From assembly GCA_951406725.2 (NCBI GenBank), contig OX597822.1, positions 82,398,001 to 82,462,000 on the forward strand: DNA of 64,000 bases, in the 5' to 3' direction. This document shows, in pieces, positions 12,550 through 24,218 of this stretch. Positions within the stretch are counted from its first letter, which is position 1. Every line of letters starts with the position of its first letter. Source of the stretch: Octopus vulgaris (Eukaryota). A program made the translations under genes and the position numbers. The notes beneath the pieces are model-generated. The model was given only the letters and a program-made list of their open reading frames with translations, ran no database searches and was not told the origin of the DNA.

Positions 12550-12812
12550 CCATGCCAGTGGCACATGAAAAGCACCATCCTAACATGGCTGATACCAGTG
12601 CCACCTTGACTGGCTTCTGTGCCAGTGGCACGTAAAAAGCACCCACTACACCCTTGGAGTGGTTGGCATTAGGAAGGGCATCCAGCTGTAGAAACCTTAC
12701 CAAATCAGACTGGAGCCTGGTGCAGCCTCCTGGTTTGCTAGTCCCCAGTCGAACCATCAAACCAATGCCAGCATGGAAAACGAACATTAAACAATGATAT
12801 TGATGATGATGA
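12550..12812 (+). mobile_element. family E non-autonomous element (RTE-type tail)
   Basis: gccagtggcacgtaaaaagcacccactacac...ggaagggcatccagctgtagaaacc...ccagcatggaaaacgaacattaaac plus GAT tail. Confidence 0.8.
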
Positions 12813-13207
12813 GATACATACACACACTTATGAAAATGAATGGAAAATAATCTTGTTACAAACATTTGTCTTTTTTTTTTCCTCTCTCACTTTCATGCTA
12901 TTCTTCATTATCCAAAAGAAGCTCAAAAATAGAGAGATTTGCCATCCTTAATTGAAAATAATAAGTTTTGTAACCAGAGTCTGCAATTACCCGACAAAGA
13001 CTTCCATTCCTTCCCCACTTTCCAAGATTTCTTTATCGGTTTCTCTGATCAGTTTCTTATTCTTTATGTCTTTTCCATTCAGAGTCTGATCTTCTTACAC
13101 AGCATCATAAGCATCAACATGTCAACTCAAATATCAGCATCTTGTTATCACTATGGATTTCATCCTCATGTTGTGTGTCTGTGTGTCTGTGTATACACGT
13201 GCGCATG

Positions 13208-13242
<35 letters not shown>

Positions 13243-13282
13243 TCATATAAATATATGCAAGCATGATTGTGTTGTATGAATA

Positions 13283-13925
13283 GGTGCAGGCGTGGCTGTG
13301 TGGTAAGAAGCTTGCTTACCAACCACATGGTTCCATGTTCAGTTCCATTGTGTGGCACCTTGGACAAGTGTCTTCTACTATAGCCTCGGGTCGACCAAAG
13401 CCTTGTGAGTGGATTTGGTATATGGAAACTGAAAGAAGCTAATCATATGTATATGTGTGTGTGTGTGTCTTTGTGTGTGCGTTTGTCCCACTACTACCAC
13501 TTGACAGCCGATGTTGGTATGTTTACAGGGCGGTGAGCTGGTAGAATCGTTAACACGCCGGGCGAAATGCTTAGCAGTATTTCGTCTGCCGCTACGTTCT
13601 GAGTTCAAGTTCCGCCGAGGTCGACTTTGCCTTTCATCCTTTCGGGGTCAATTAAATAAGTACCAATCACGCACTGGGGTCGATGTAATCGACTTAATCC
13701 GTTTGTCTGTCCTTGTTTGTCCCCTCTTTGTTTAGCCCCTTGTGGGTAGTAAAGAAATAGGTATGTTTGCATCCCCATAACTTAACAGTTCAGCAAAAGA
13801 AACAAATAAATTAAGTATCAGGCTTGAAGAACAATATGTACCGGAGTCAATTCAATCAACTAAAAATTCTTCAAGGTAGCCCCAGCATGACCACAATCTG
13901 AGGACTGAAACAAGTAAAAAATAAA
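13283..13925 (+). mobile_element. full-length SINE A interrupted by a SINE B
   Basis: Head ggtgcaggcgtggctgtgtggtaagaagcttgc; the 3' part resumes after the insertion and ends gactgaaacaagtaaaaa. Confidence 0.9.
13528..13759 (+). mobile_element. SINE B nested in SINE A
   Basis: gggcggtgagctggtagaatcgtt...gtcgactttgcctttcatcctttcgggg; TSD ggtatgttt(a/g)ca at 13516-13527 and 13760-13771; many CpGs intact. Confidence 0.9.
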
Positions 13926-14879
13926 GGATTAGATAGGTGTGTATGTGTGTGTGCATTACTCCTCCTCCTCCTCTGCCTCTCATATTTCCTGCCCATCACC
14001 CCACTTCTATTATGCTTTCCTTCTCCCCCCCACCTTCAACCAAGTTCAACTTCTGCCACCACCCCCTCTTCTTCCTGCTCTATCGATCATGTTACCCACC
14101 CCACCCCACCCCCGAGATGAACAGAGATAACATAGATTCATAAGGTCTCTGCGTACAGGGCAACTCCTCAACTGCTGATATTACATTAATACACACCCAG
14201 AAAACTCTTATGAAGTGGTTGAAGATCGACGTGGGGGATATCATAGGATCAAGAGGACCTCTAGCCTGTTCTGGGATTAAAAAAAAAAACCCAAAAAACT
14301 CTGCTTCAACATACGATGATGATGATGATATGATGATGGTGGTGGTGGTGGTGGTGGTGGTGGTGGTGGTGGTGGTGGTGGTGGTGGTGGTGGTGGTGGT
14401 GAAGATGATGATGATGATGATGAGGTCAACAATGAATACGAAGATGATGATGACAATGATGATGATGATAATCAGGCGATCAGTCTTTTCTGATATAGAA
14501 TGTCAAATTTGGAGAATTCTTTATTCTTGAGATAATCTCTTTTCATTTGGAGTTAATCCCAAATGAATTAACATTTATGATGATGAATGTTCCAGCTGTG
14601 GAACAGCTTGCTCATGAAATTAACATGCAAGTGGTTGAGTACTTCACAGACACGTGTACCCTTAAAATCTCAGGAAGATTTATTGCGACACAGAATGTGA
14701 CAAGGCTATCCCTTTGAAATAGAGGTACAACTCATTTTTGCCAGCTGAGTGGACTGGAGCAACATGAAATAAAGTGTCTTGCTTAAGGGCATAATATGCC
14801 ACTGGGAATTGAACTTGTAACATTATGATCATGAGTCAAATACCACACAACTATTCCATGTGCTTCCACATACATACAA

Positions 14880-14951
<72 letters not shown>

Positions 14952-15379
14952 TATTATGGCTGCCTCCTCGTTATCGAGTATGGCCATTGCATGAAGCTTA
15001 ACTGTTACTGGTGCTGTGATCAAATGTGACTTTTTAGCCCAGCTAAAGATCTACAATGTCTTGTACAAAATTGGTAACTAAAACCTTTACCGGTAATAAC
15101 CAGCTGTAGTTGTAACTGGGCTTCATGTACCTTATGCATACATGTATACATACATACACACATATATACATACATACATACACACATACGTACATACATT
15201 TGTGCTTGTCTGTATTGAAACCTAAGAGCAGAATATGTTACCCCAAACCATCAAAGAGTACAACAGGGAACTTAAAATTAAGGCAATGCTGATGATGTTG
15301 TCTGTATGTTTTACATGTGTCTATACACATCTCTCTTTCTCTCTCTGTTTCTGTATATATACATATATACATATATATA

Positions 15380-15750
15380 GGCGCCGGAGTGGCCGTGTGG
15401 TAAGTAGCTTGCTACCCAACCACATGGTTCTGGGCAAGCGTATTCTGCTACAGCCTCGGGTCAACCAAAACCTTGTGAGTGAATTTGGTAGATGGAAACT
15501 GAAAAAAGCCTGTTTTGTATGTGTGTGTGTGTGTATGTGCATATGTTTGTGAGTGTCCCACAACATCAGTTGACAACCGATGCTGGTGTGTTTATGTCCC
15601 CGTAACTTAGCAGTTCGGCAAAACAGACTGATAGAATAAGTACTAGGCTTATACAAAATAAGTCCTGGGATCAATTTGCTCGACTAAAGGTAGTGATCCA
15701 GCATGGCCGCAGTCAAATTGACTGAAATTAGTAAAAGAATAAAGAGTGAA
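15380..15750 (+). mobile_element. SINE family A
   Basis: Head ggcgccggagtggccgtgtggtaagtagcttgc and complete 3' part. Confidence 0.9.
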
Positions 15751-15797
15751 TAAAAGAATACGTATATTATATATGTGTGTGTGTGTACATAACATAA

Positions 15798-16166
15798 GTG
15801 GAGGCGCAATGGCCCAGTTAGGACAGCGGACTTGTGGTTTCAATTCCCAAACCGAGCATTGTGAATGTTTATTGAACGAAAAACACCTAAAGCTCCACAA
15901 GGCTCTAGCAGGGGGTGGGGGTTGGTGAACCCTGCTGTACTCTTTCATCACAACTCTCTCTCTCTTTCTTCCTGTTTCTGTTGTACCTGTATTTCAAAAG
16001 GGGCCAGCCTTGTCACACTCTGTGTCATGCTGAATCTCCCCAAGAACTATGTTAAGGCTACACATGTCTGTGGAGTGCTCAACCACTTGCACGTTAATTT
16101 CACAAGCAGGCTGTTCCATTGATCGGATCAACTGGAACCCTCGCTGTCATAACTGACAGAGTGGCA
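15798..16166 (+). mobile_element. tRNA-derived SINE family D
   Basis: ggaggcgcaatggcccag head; body closely matches the copy at 39711-40095. Confidence 0.85.
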
Positions 16167-16179
16167 TATTATATATATA

Positions 16180-16253
<74 letters not shown>

Positions 16254-16675
16254 TATAGATATCATTAAGAAGAAAGGCAAATTATACATCTTCAAAATTT
16301 ATTTATTATGGTATTATTCTCATTAAATTGCAATCTGCTACATGTTTCTGCTCCATGAGTGTCCTAATGTCCTTTGATGTAGTATTTATGTGTATTTAAT
16401 TCGATTCAGTCACATTCATCCCTTATAGACATTCCTTTGCAGCTTTGTTCAAGGTTTCCCCCCAGTGTGGGTGTCTAAAACGAAGCTATTGATTTACCTG
16501 CCAAGTGAACCATCACTTAATTGTTCATCTTAAATAATTCTCTATGTTCCCTGTCATTTGATGCGGTTAGCCAGATCTGGATTGTAACAAAGTGCTAATA
16601 AGGTTCCTGCCTTGATTCCAATTCCTTATATCTTTACGTTTTAGACACACACAGATATACATACATGCATCTGTG

Positions 16676-16712
<37 letters not shown>

Positions 16713-16715
<3 letters not shown>

Positions 16716-16918
16716 GGAGTAAACACATAAATGTGAAACAAAGTGGAAAAAAGAGTACTCAAATACCAGTGGTAGAGTAATATACTTTATTTAAAGCAGC
16801 AGAAAATTCAACGAAACCTGTTACTCTGAGTTTCCCGTTGCCGTTCATCGGACAGTTTTTGCTAGAATACCCATTCTGTTGAATTTGTTGAATTTTCTGC
16901 TGCTTTAAATAAAGTATA
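16713..16918. mobile_element. (TA)n-embedded fold-back element (putative Penelope pLTR derivative)
   Basis: Perfect 32-bp IR 16781-16812 / 16887-16918 enclosing a hammerhead-like motif; (TA)n on both sides. Confidence 0.7.
16818..16855 (-). ncRNA. minimal type I hammerhead-like motif (variant core)
   Basis: RNA CUGU-CCGAUGA-ACGGCAACGG-GAAA-CUCAGA-GUA-ACAG: 4-bp stem I, stem III ACUC-A-GAGU; U4 replaced by C and stem II imperfect. Confidence 0.6.
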
Positions 16919-17225
16919 TATATATATATATATATACAAACATGCATATATACCGTAGATCCTAGATACGTATATTTATTATCAGAATATATCAACTGCA
17001 CTTGCTAGACTTATCCACAGCCCACCAGCAGTAACAACAGCAACAAGAATATTAAAATAAATGAGCTCTTGTTTGCTTATTAGTGTTTCTTTACAGATAA
17101 AATCTAAAACATGAAGACCGGTAGACACAAAGGAAGAAAAGTCACTCATGGAAACTTTTAAGGCTCTCCCTCTCTCTCAAGCACTTTCTCTCTTTCTCTC
17201 TTTCTAATTTTCCCTCTCTTTCTCT

Positions 17226-17273
<48 letters not shown>

Positions 17274-17710
17274 TGATCTTTCTCTTTCTTTTTGCATATA
17301 ACTACAAATACACGCACATGTCTTGGAAATGTGTAACCGACACCAATCAGCTTCTTCACATCACGAATGCACAAACTCAAACACGCAGCTACATTGTGTG
17401 AACTGACGACCTTGAAATGCTATACCCTCCCACTCACACCCACACTCTCACACACAATTAAACACAAAACAACCTACAACTCATACACACACACACACAC
17501 ACACACACATACACATACACTGACATCAATACAAACACCCTACTGTGTCATTTATCAATAACAATGTTCCGATATGAAATCCAAGTCAAAAGACAACTGG
17601 TGGGAAATTCTTGCATTCGGTATCAATAGAAAGGTAAACAAATCAACAGAACTGAACCTAACATTGATTGTCAGGTGCCGGTGGGGAGACACAAACACAC
17701 ACACACACAC

Positions 17711-17757
<47 letters not shown>

Positions 17758-17870
17758 CAAAAGCACACACACACACACATGTACAAATGTTTGCAACAGT
17801 TTTCTTTCAGTTTCTGTCAACCAAGGGCTATAGTAGAAGACACTTGTACACTGCAGTGTGAGACTAAACC

Positions 17871-18100
17871 TATTTCTTTACTACCCACAGGGGGCTAAAC
17901 ACAGAGGACAGACAAACAAGGACAGACAAACGGATTAAGTCGATTATATCGACCCCAGTGCATAACTGGTACTTATTTAATCAAGGATGAAAGGCAAAGT
18001 CGACCTCGGCGGAATTTGAACTCAGAACGTAGCGGCAGACGAAATACCACTGAGCATTTCGCCTGGCGTGCTAACGTTTCTGCCGGCTCACCGCCTTCAT
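17871..18100 (-). mobile_element. SINE B with perfect 15-bp TSD, nested in a minus-strand SINE A
   Basis: TSD gtgtgagactaaacc at 17856-17870 and 18101-18115. Confidence 0.9.
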
Positions 18101-18317
18101 GTGTGAGACTAAACCATCCCAGAACCATGTGCTTGGAAAACTTCTAACAACACAGTCACACCTGCTTCTATGAAAACTGCAATTATATTTCCTGGCATTC
18201 AATTAAAAAGAACACAACTTGCTCTGCAGAACAGAATGAAGAAAATTCAATTAATTTTGCTGGTCTTAATAAATTGATAATAAACAGCACATAGAATGAT
18301 GAATTCTTTCAATTATA

Positions 18318-18488
18318 TGGCAAGCTCTCTAGAAGTGGTTGACAGCCTTTGTAAGCTAATTAGCCATGGAGGTGGGTGGGGTTGTTCCAGAAGCTGAGTA
18401 ACGAGGGTAAGAACAAGATAGAAAAAGTTTGGGAAGCTATTATCTTTGCTGCTTAGAAAAGAGTTTCCTTTACAGATTAAAGGGGGAT
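18318..18488 (+). mobile_element. short RTE RT fragment
   Basis: Reads, with frameshifts, SSLEVVDSLC..LISHGG..GCSRS*VTRVRTR*KKFGKLLSLLLRKEFPLQIKG, homologous to the segment at about 6170-6300. Confidence 0.6.
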
Positions 18489-18999
18489 CCTTCAATTAAT
18501 ATTTCATTCTTGTTATGTGTGTGTGTGTATGTGTGTGTATGTATGTGTATAGCTAAAAAGAACTAATATATATATGGATGGATTGATGAATACGTATGTG
18601 TGTGTGTGTGTGTATGTAGTGTGTGTGTGTGTGTGTGCATGTATATCCCTCTCTCTCTCTCTCTTTGGGAGAGGCACAAGCACCTACACGCACATATACA
18701 CACACGGCAGTAACTTCCACCTACCGAATTCAATCACAAAGCTCCGGTCAGCTCGGGGCTATAGTGAAAGACACCTAATATATATATATATATATAGAAA
18801 AAATAGTGAGGGATTATCAATTGGAGCAAAATACTTCATAAGTTCTCAGTTGGCACACCATGCTAACAATATTGTTGAGATTAATGAAGAATGCCAAGTA
18901 ATCTTTTGGTAGGGTCCCAAGTTATGGTTCATCACAATTCTATATTGTAAATCTGTGGGTGGACTTCAGATAAACTGGTTTTTACAGAGTAATATATAA

Positions 19000-19352
19000 G
19001 CAATAATTTAAAAATAATAATCATTACATGTAATTCCTTTATTAGAGCATACCTGGCTTACAGATGTTTCCAGTAGTCATTATAGGTACATTACTGATAG
19101 GTTTACTCAGTTGGTTTATTGATCGAGTGAAGTTAATTGAATGACCTAAGAAAATTAATGCTACATTCATCAGACCCATTTCTGGCTTTAACATTAATTT
19201 TCTTAGGCCATTCAATTTACCTCAATTGATCAATAGACCAGTTGACCAAATCTATCAGAAACATACCTATAATGTTTACTGGAAACAGCTGTAAGCCAGA
19301 TATGCTCTAATAAAGGAATTATATGTAATGACCATTATTTTAAACTTATTTA
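19000..19352. mobile_element. long fold-back element (arms about 160 bp) with hammerhead-like motif
   Basis: Arms about 19000-19162 / 19190-19352; minus-strand CUGAUGA at 19173-19167 and GAAACAUCUGUA at 19070-19059; the right arm has GAAACAGCUGUA from 19282. Confidence 0.7.
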
Positions 19353-19380
19353 TATATATATATATATACACACACCCACA

Positions 19381-20266
19381 CAGGGTGGGCGAAAAGTAAA
19401 TAGGCATTAAAGATTGGTTATAAAATTCATATTCCTTATACATATTTATTGAAACAAATGATACATGTTCTTTATTACATGGGAAAATAAAAGTAATTCT
19501 TCATATTTCAATGTAAGCACCAGTGGCATCAACAGTTTCCTCAAACAGCCAGGGATGGAATGAACAACCTTCTGAAGGACATCATCTGGGATATCATTGA
19601 GAACCTCCTGAATTCGTGTCTCCAAGTCCTCCAGTGTGCGAGGTTTTGTCTTGTACACCTCCTCTTGTAACCTTATAGGTAAAAACACATGGAGTGAGAG
19701 CTGGCCTTCTTGGAGGCCGTTCATGAGGTCTGTGCCGTCCCACCAGGTTTTAGCTCCTGCACATAATGGTGTTTCTATGGATGAAAATTCAATTCTTTCT
19801 GCAACACTCTACATATTGCGTGCCTTGTTAGTCCACTTTCACAAGTTGCTTGATGTGTTTATTTTTGTGGGCTGCAATTAAACATTTCCTGCACTGTTGC
19901 CATGTTCTCCGCTGATCAGGATGTGGTTGGACACCCACTTCTTGCATCATTCACAGAGCTCATGGTCATCAGCTTTGCATGACAACTTTTTATTATCTCC
20001 AGGCGTAGTGTTGCATGCTTACCTTTCCATGCACGCCACCATCTCTGAACCAAAACAATTGAATTCCACACTTCATAGTGTGCTGCTATCTTAGCTCACT
20101 CCTGAACAGTCAGGCGACCAGCCATCTGGAAAATAAGAAATATGACAATAAGAAAATAAAAAATCCCAATTAGTGTTGTCGGTTTAAAAAATGTTTTTGT
20201 CATAACGTCAGTGATGCTAAAAATATTATATTCAATTTCTAATGCCTACTTACTTTCCACCCACTG
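19381..20266 (-). mobile_element. internally deleted Tc1/mariner-superfamily DNA transposon
   Basis: TIRs cagggtgggcgaaaagtaaataggcattaaagattg / caatttctaatgcctacttactttccacccactg; minus ORF 19446-19724 has EEVYKTKPRTLEDLETRIQEVLNDIP (Tc1-type C-terminus); no intact catalytic core seen. Confidence 0.8.
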
Positions 20267-20326
20267 TGTGTGTGTGTATGTGTATGTATATACATGTATA
20301 CATATATATATATGTGTATATATATA

Positions 20327-20660
20327 GTGAAGGCGCATGGCTCAGTGGTTAGAGCATCGAGCTTACAATCGTTAGGTTGTGAGTTCGAATCCCGGACCGG
20401 GCTGCATGTTGTGTTCTTGAGCAAGACACTTTATTTCACGTTGCTCCAGTTCACTCAGCTGCAGAAATGAATTGCGACATCACAGGTGCCAAGCTGTATC
20501 GGCCGCTACCTTTCCCTTAGATAACACTGGTGGTGTTGAGAGGGGAGGCTGGTATGCATGGGCAACTGCTGGTCTTCCATAAACAACCTTGCCCAGACTT
20601 GTGCCTGGGAGGGTAACTTTCCAGGTGCAAGCCCACAGTTAGCCATGACCGAAGGGGCTC
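20327..20660 (+). mobile_element. SINE family C with well-preserved Pol III A and B boxes
   Basis: tggctcagtgg (A box) and gttcgaatc (B box), followed by CORE-like tcttgagcaagacactttatttcacgttgctccagttcactcagctg. Confidence 0.85.
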
Positions 20661-20686
20661 AGAAATGTATATATATATATATATAT

Positions 20687-20726
<40 letters not shown>

Positions 20727-21004
20727 TTATTAGTTATACACACACACTTATACATATATATATATATATATATTATATACACACATGTCTTCTATCATTC
20801 ACTTGTTTCAGTCCTTGAACTGTGGCCATGCTGGGGCACCATCTTAAAGTGTTTAATCAAACAAATCAATGCCAGTATTTTTTTTAAGTCTGGCCCCTTT
20901 TGCTGAACAGCTGATGTTATGGGGACATAAACAAACTAACATCGGTTGTCTAATGGTGGGGAAACAAACACAAACACACAATGCACCCATAAACACACAC
21001 ACAT

Positions 21005-21065
<61 letters not shown>

Positions 21066-22379
21066 TACACACACGGACACACACATATAGGCACAAACAT
21101 GACCGTGTGGTAAGAATTTTGCTTCCCAACCACATGATTCCAGGTTCAGTTCCACTGTGAGACACTTGGGACTAGTGTCTTCTACAATAGCCCTGAGCTG
21201 AATGGATTTCATAAGCAGAAACTGAAAGATGTCTGTTGCGTGCACATGCGTATGTGCATGTGTGTGTTATTGTTTCATTGCTGTGATATCACTTCATAGT
21301 TGTAAACAAATGTCACCATCATACAAGCGGTTTCTTTTGTTCCAAATCTTCCAGAAAATCCTGTCTGGTTATGGGGAAATATTGCCTTACCTGGAATCAG
21401 GTGAGAATTGGCATGTGTGAATGTGTGTGTATGCATGTGAATGTGTGTGTGTGTATGCATGTGTGAATGTGTGTATATGTGTGTGTGCACACACGCATGT
21501 GTGCCTTATGTGCCTGCTTGTATGTATATATGTATGTGCATGAAAGAGAGCAAGATGGAGAGAGAGAGGAGAGACAGAGAGACAGAGACAAAGACAGGCA
21601 GACAGAGAAGTCTATGTGCTGTATGTGTGTATGTGTGTGTCCATGTATGCCGATATCTCATCAGGACTTAAACTCTTGTAGGACATAAGATTAGGGAATT
21701 TTTTGAATGCTTCCCTTTGCACATTTGGTTTCTCTCCTTGTACAAAAGCAATAAAAAAAATAAAAACCACCACAATACTGCTGCAGCTTCTTTCTCTCTG
21801 CTCTCCTCTTCCCTTTGCCAATCTGGGGGTTTGTACCTTCATAGCTATGAGTGTGTGAGAAGGTAGAGCCAGTCGTGTACTCTTTCACTTGTTTCACTCA
21901 TTTGACTGTGGCCATGCTGGAGCACTGCCTTTAGTCGAACGAATTGACCCCAGGACTTATTCTTTTGTAAGCCTAGTACTTATTTTATCAGTCTTTTTTG
22001 CCGAACCACTAAGTTACTTGGACGTAAACATACCAGCATTGGTTGTCAAGCAATGCTGGTGGGCGGGAAGACAAACACAGACACACAAACATATACATTG
22101 TTTTTTTTTCCGTCCTTGTTTTCGTATACATTCGCTGCTTTCTTCCAAGGAATCTAATGCTCTTAGCTTAGTTCTTCCTTGGGGTTGGCCAGATTGGAGC
22201 AATCTCAAGTATAACCAGCCAAAATTGCAAAGATAATCTGGAACTCAACTGAGGAAAGAAAACTCTGAATGACCCGCCCTTCTTTTCTTTGTTTCGTCTA
22301 TCTGGATGTTTTGTTGTCCCTTTTTTGTATCACCTAACAGTCTGGATGTTTTGTGTTCTTGTCACATTTTGTAGTTTAT

Positions 22380-22930
22380 ACACACACACACATGCATACA
22401 CACACACATTCACACATGCATACACATACACACATTCACACATGCATACACACACACACATTCACACATGCATACACACACACACATTCACACATGCATA
22501 CACACACACATTCGCACATGCATACACACACACATTCACACATGCATACACACACACACATTCACACATGCATACACATACACACATTCGCACATGCATA
22601 CACACACACGTTCACACATGCATACACACACACACACAATCACACATGCATACACACACACACTCGCACATGCATACACACACACATTCACACATGCATA
22701 CACACACACACATTCATACATGCATACACATACACTCATGCATACACACACACATTCACACATGCATATACACACACATTCACACCTGCACATACACACA
22801 CACATGCATACACACACACACATGCACATTCACACATGCATACACACACATACATGCACATTCACACATGTATACACATACACATGAACATTCACAAATG
22901 CATACATACACACACACATATATATATACA
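22380..22930. repeat. about 22-24-bp minisatellite (CACACACATTCACACATGCATA)n
   Basis: Roughly 20 units visible; source of the HT-rich ORFs. Confidence 0.9.
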
Positions 22931-22991
22931 TGCATCTACATAAACATGCACATATATAAAATGATGCACACACATATTTATGCATGTGTGT

Positions 22992-23059
<68 letters not shown>

Positions 23060-23349
23060 AGAGAGAGAGAAAGAGAGAGGCATACAGCAAGCCATAGCTA
23101 GATGTAGAAACCTAAGACGTGCCTTGACATTCCAGGAAGGAAAGCAGGAAATATTTCCATGAACAAAACAACCAAAATGGAGGAATTGTTTGTGAATTAT
23201 TGTTGTTTTAATCAGAGTTAATCAGAGAGAAATTAAAGTCAAAGAAACAAGATGTCATCTTATTCTCTCAAAGACAGCCACATATTTCATCTTCTACCTT
23301 TCTCATAGGTCACATTTCCATCCACTGATTACTTCTCTTCTAATTCAGA

Positions 23350-24218
23350 TGTGGTCTGATCAATAACTATCCGGACTGCTGCCATAGTAACAAAGCTAAA
23401 GCATGCAGAGTAAAGCTGCTTGGCACACAGATTGACCTCTGCTGTGCATGAGCATTAAGTTTTAACATTCTAGCTCACTTCTGCTTGGAAGGAAGGTGCA
23501 TAGTGTATGATCACAGCATTGACCGTGACAGAGAAAGTTGAGCAGAGAATCTGCATCAAATTTTGCCAAAAGCTTGGCGATACCTGCTCAGAGGCGTACG
23601 CAAAGTTTTCAAAAAGTTTTCATCATTCTCAAAACAATCAAAGAAATCTTGTGCAACTGAAACTTAAGTGTCTTTTGGTCAGCTGAAAGCAGTTTTGGCA
23701 CAAACTTGGCAGACATGTCTCATGCCCAAATCTTCAGTGATAATGGACTGAACCATAACTAATCCGAATATCTTTTGATAACTCACAGATGGTGATTCAA
23801 TGATTTTCCCCTCACAGCTACACGCATATCTGCAATGTTTTTCGCAGTTCTGCTAGTTGCAGATCTCCCAGAGCGTTTGTCAATATCGACATTTTTTCGG
23901 CCATCTTGGAAACATCAGAACCACTCGTACACTTGTGTGCGGCTCATACACTCCTCTCCACACACTTTCTGCAACTTTGCGTGGGCCTCTGAGCAGGTAT
24001 TACCATGACAACTTTCTCTGTCATGGTCAATGTGACGATCACACACTACACACCTTCCTTCCAAGCACTGCTGTAAACAGCAGAAGCAAGCTAGGACATT
24101 AAAACTTAGTGTCCATGCACATCAGAGATCAAGGTGAATCTCTGCCAAGTGGCTTCACTTTGCATGCTTTAGCTTTGTCACTATAGCGACAGTCTGGATA
24201 CTTATTGATCAGACCTCA
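23350..24218. mobile_element. palindromic mariner derivative made of two inverted 5' ends
   Basis: Arms of about 250 bp begin tg(t/a)ggtctgatcaataa(c/g)tatcc(g/a)gactg. Left arm encodes VTEKVEQRICIKFCQKLGDTCSEAYAK; the minus strand encodes AHAKLQKVCGEECMSRTQVYEWF*CFQDGRKNVDIDKRSGRS...AKFVPKLLSADQK (mariner HTH region). Confidence 0.85.

Noticed and set aside
20332-20400. tRNA-like sequence with A and B boxes
   Set aside because: No acceptor-stem pairing and it runs straight into a multicopy SINE body; a SINE head, not a tRNA gene.
22245-22280. CUGAGGA-AAGAAAACUCU-GAA motif in an insert next to a SINE A fragment
   Set aside because: Lacks GAAA and an NUH site; insufficient without a family consensus.
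22289-23023. Longest ORF (244 aa, His/Thr-rich) and similar HT, YI or CV ORFs elsewhere
   Set aside because: CA/TA/TG repeats lack stop codons in several frames; these are artefacts.
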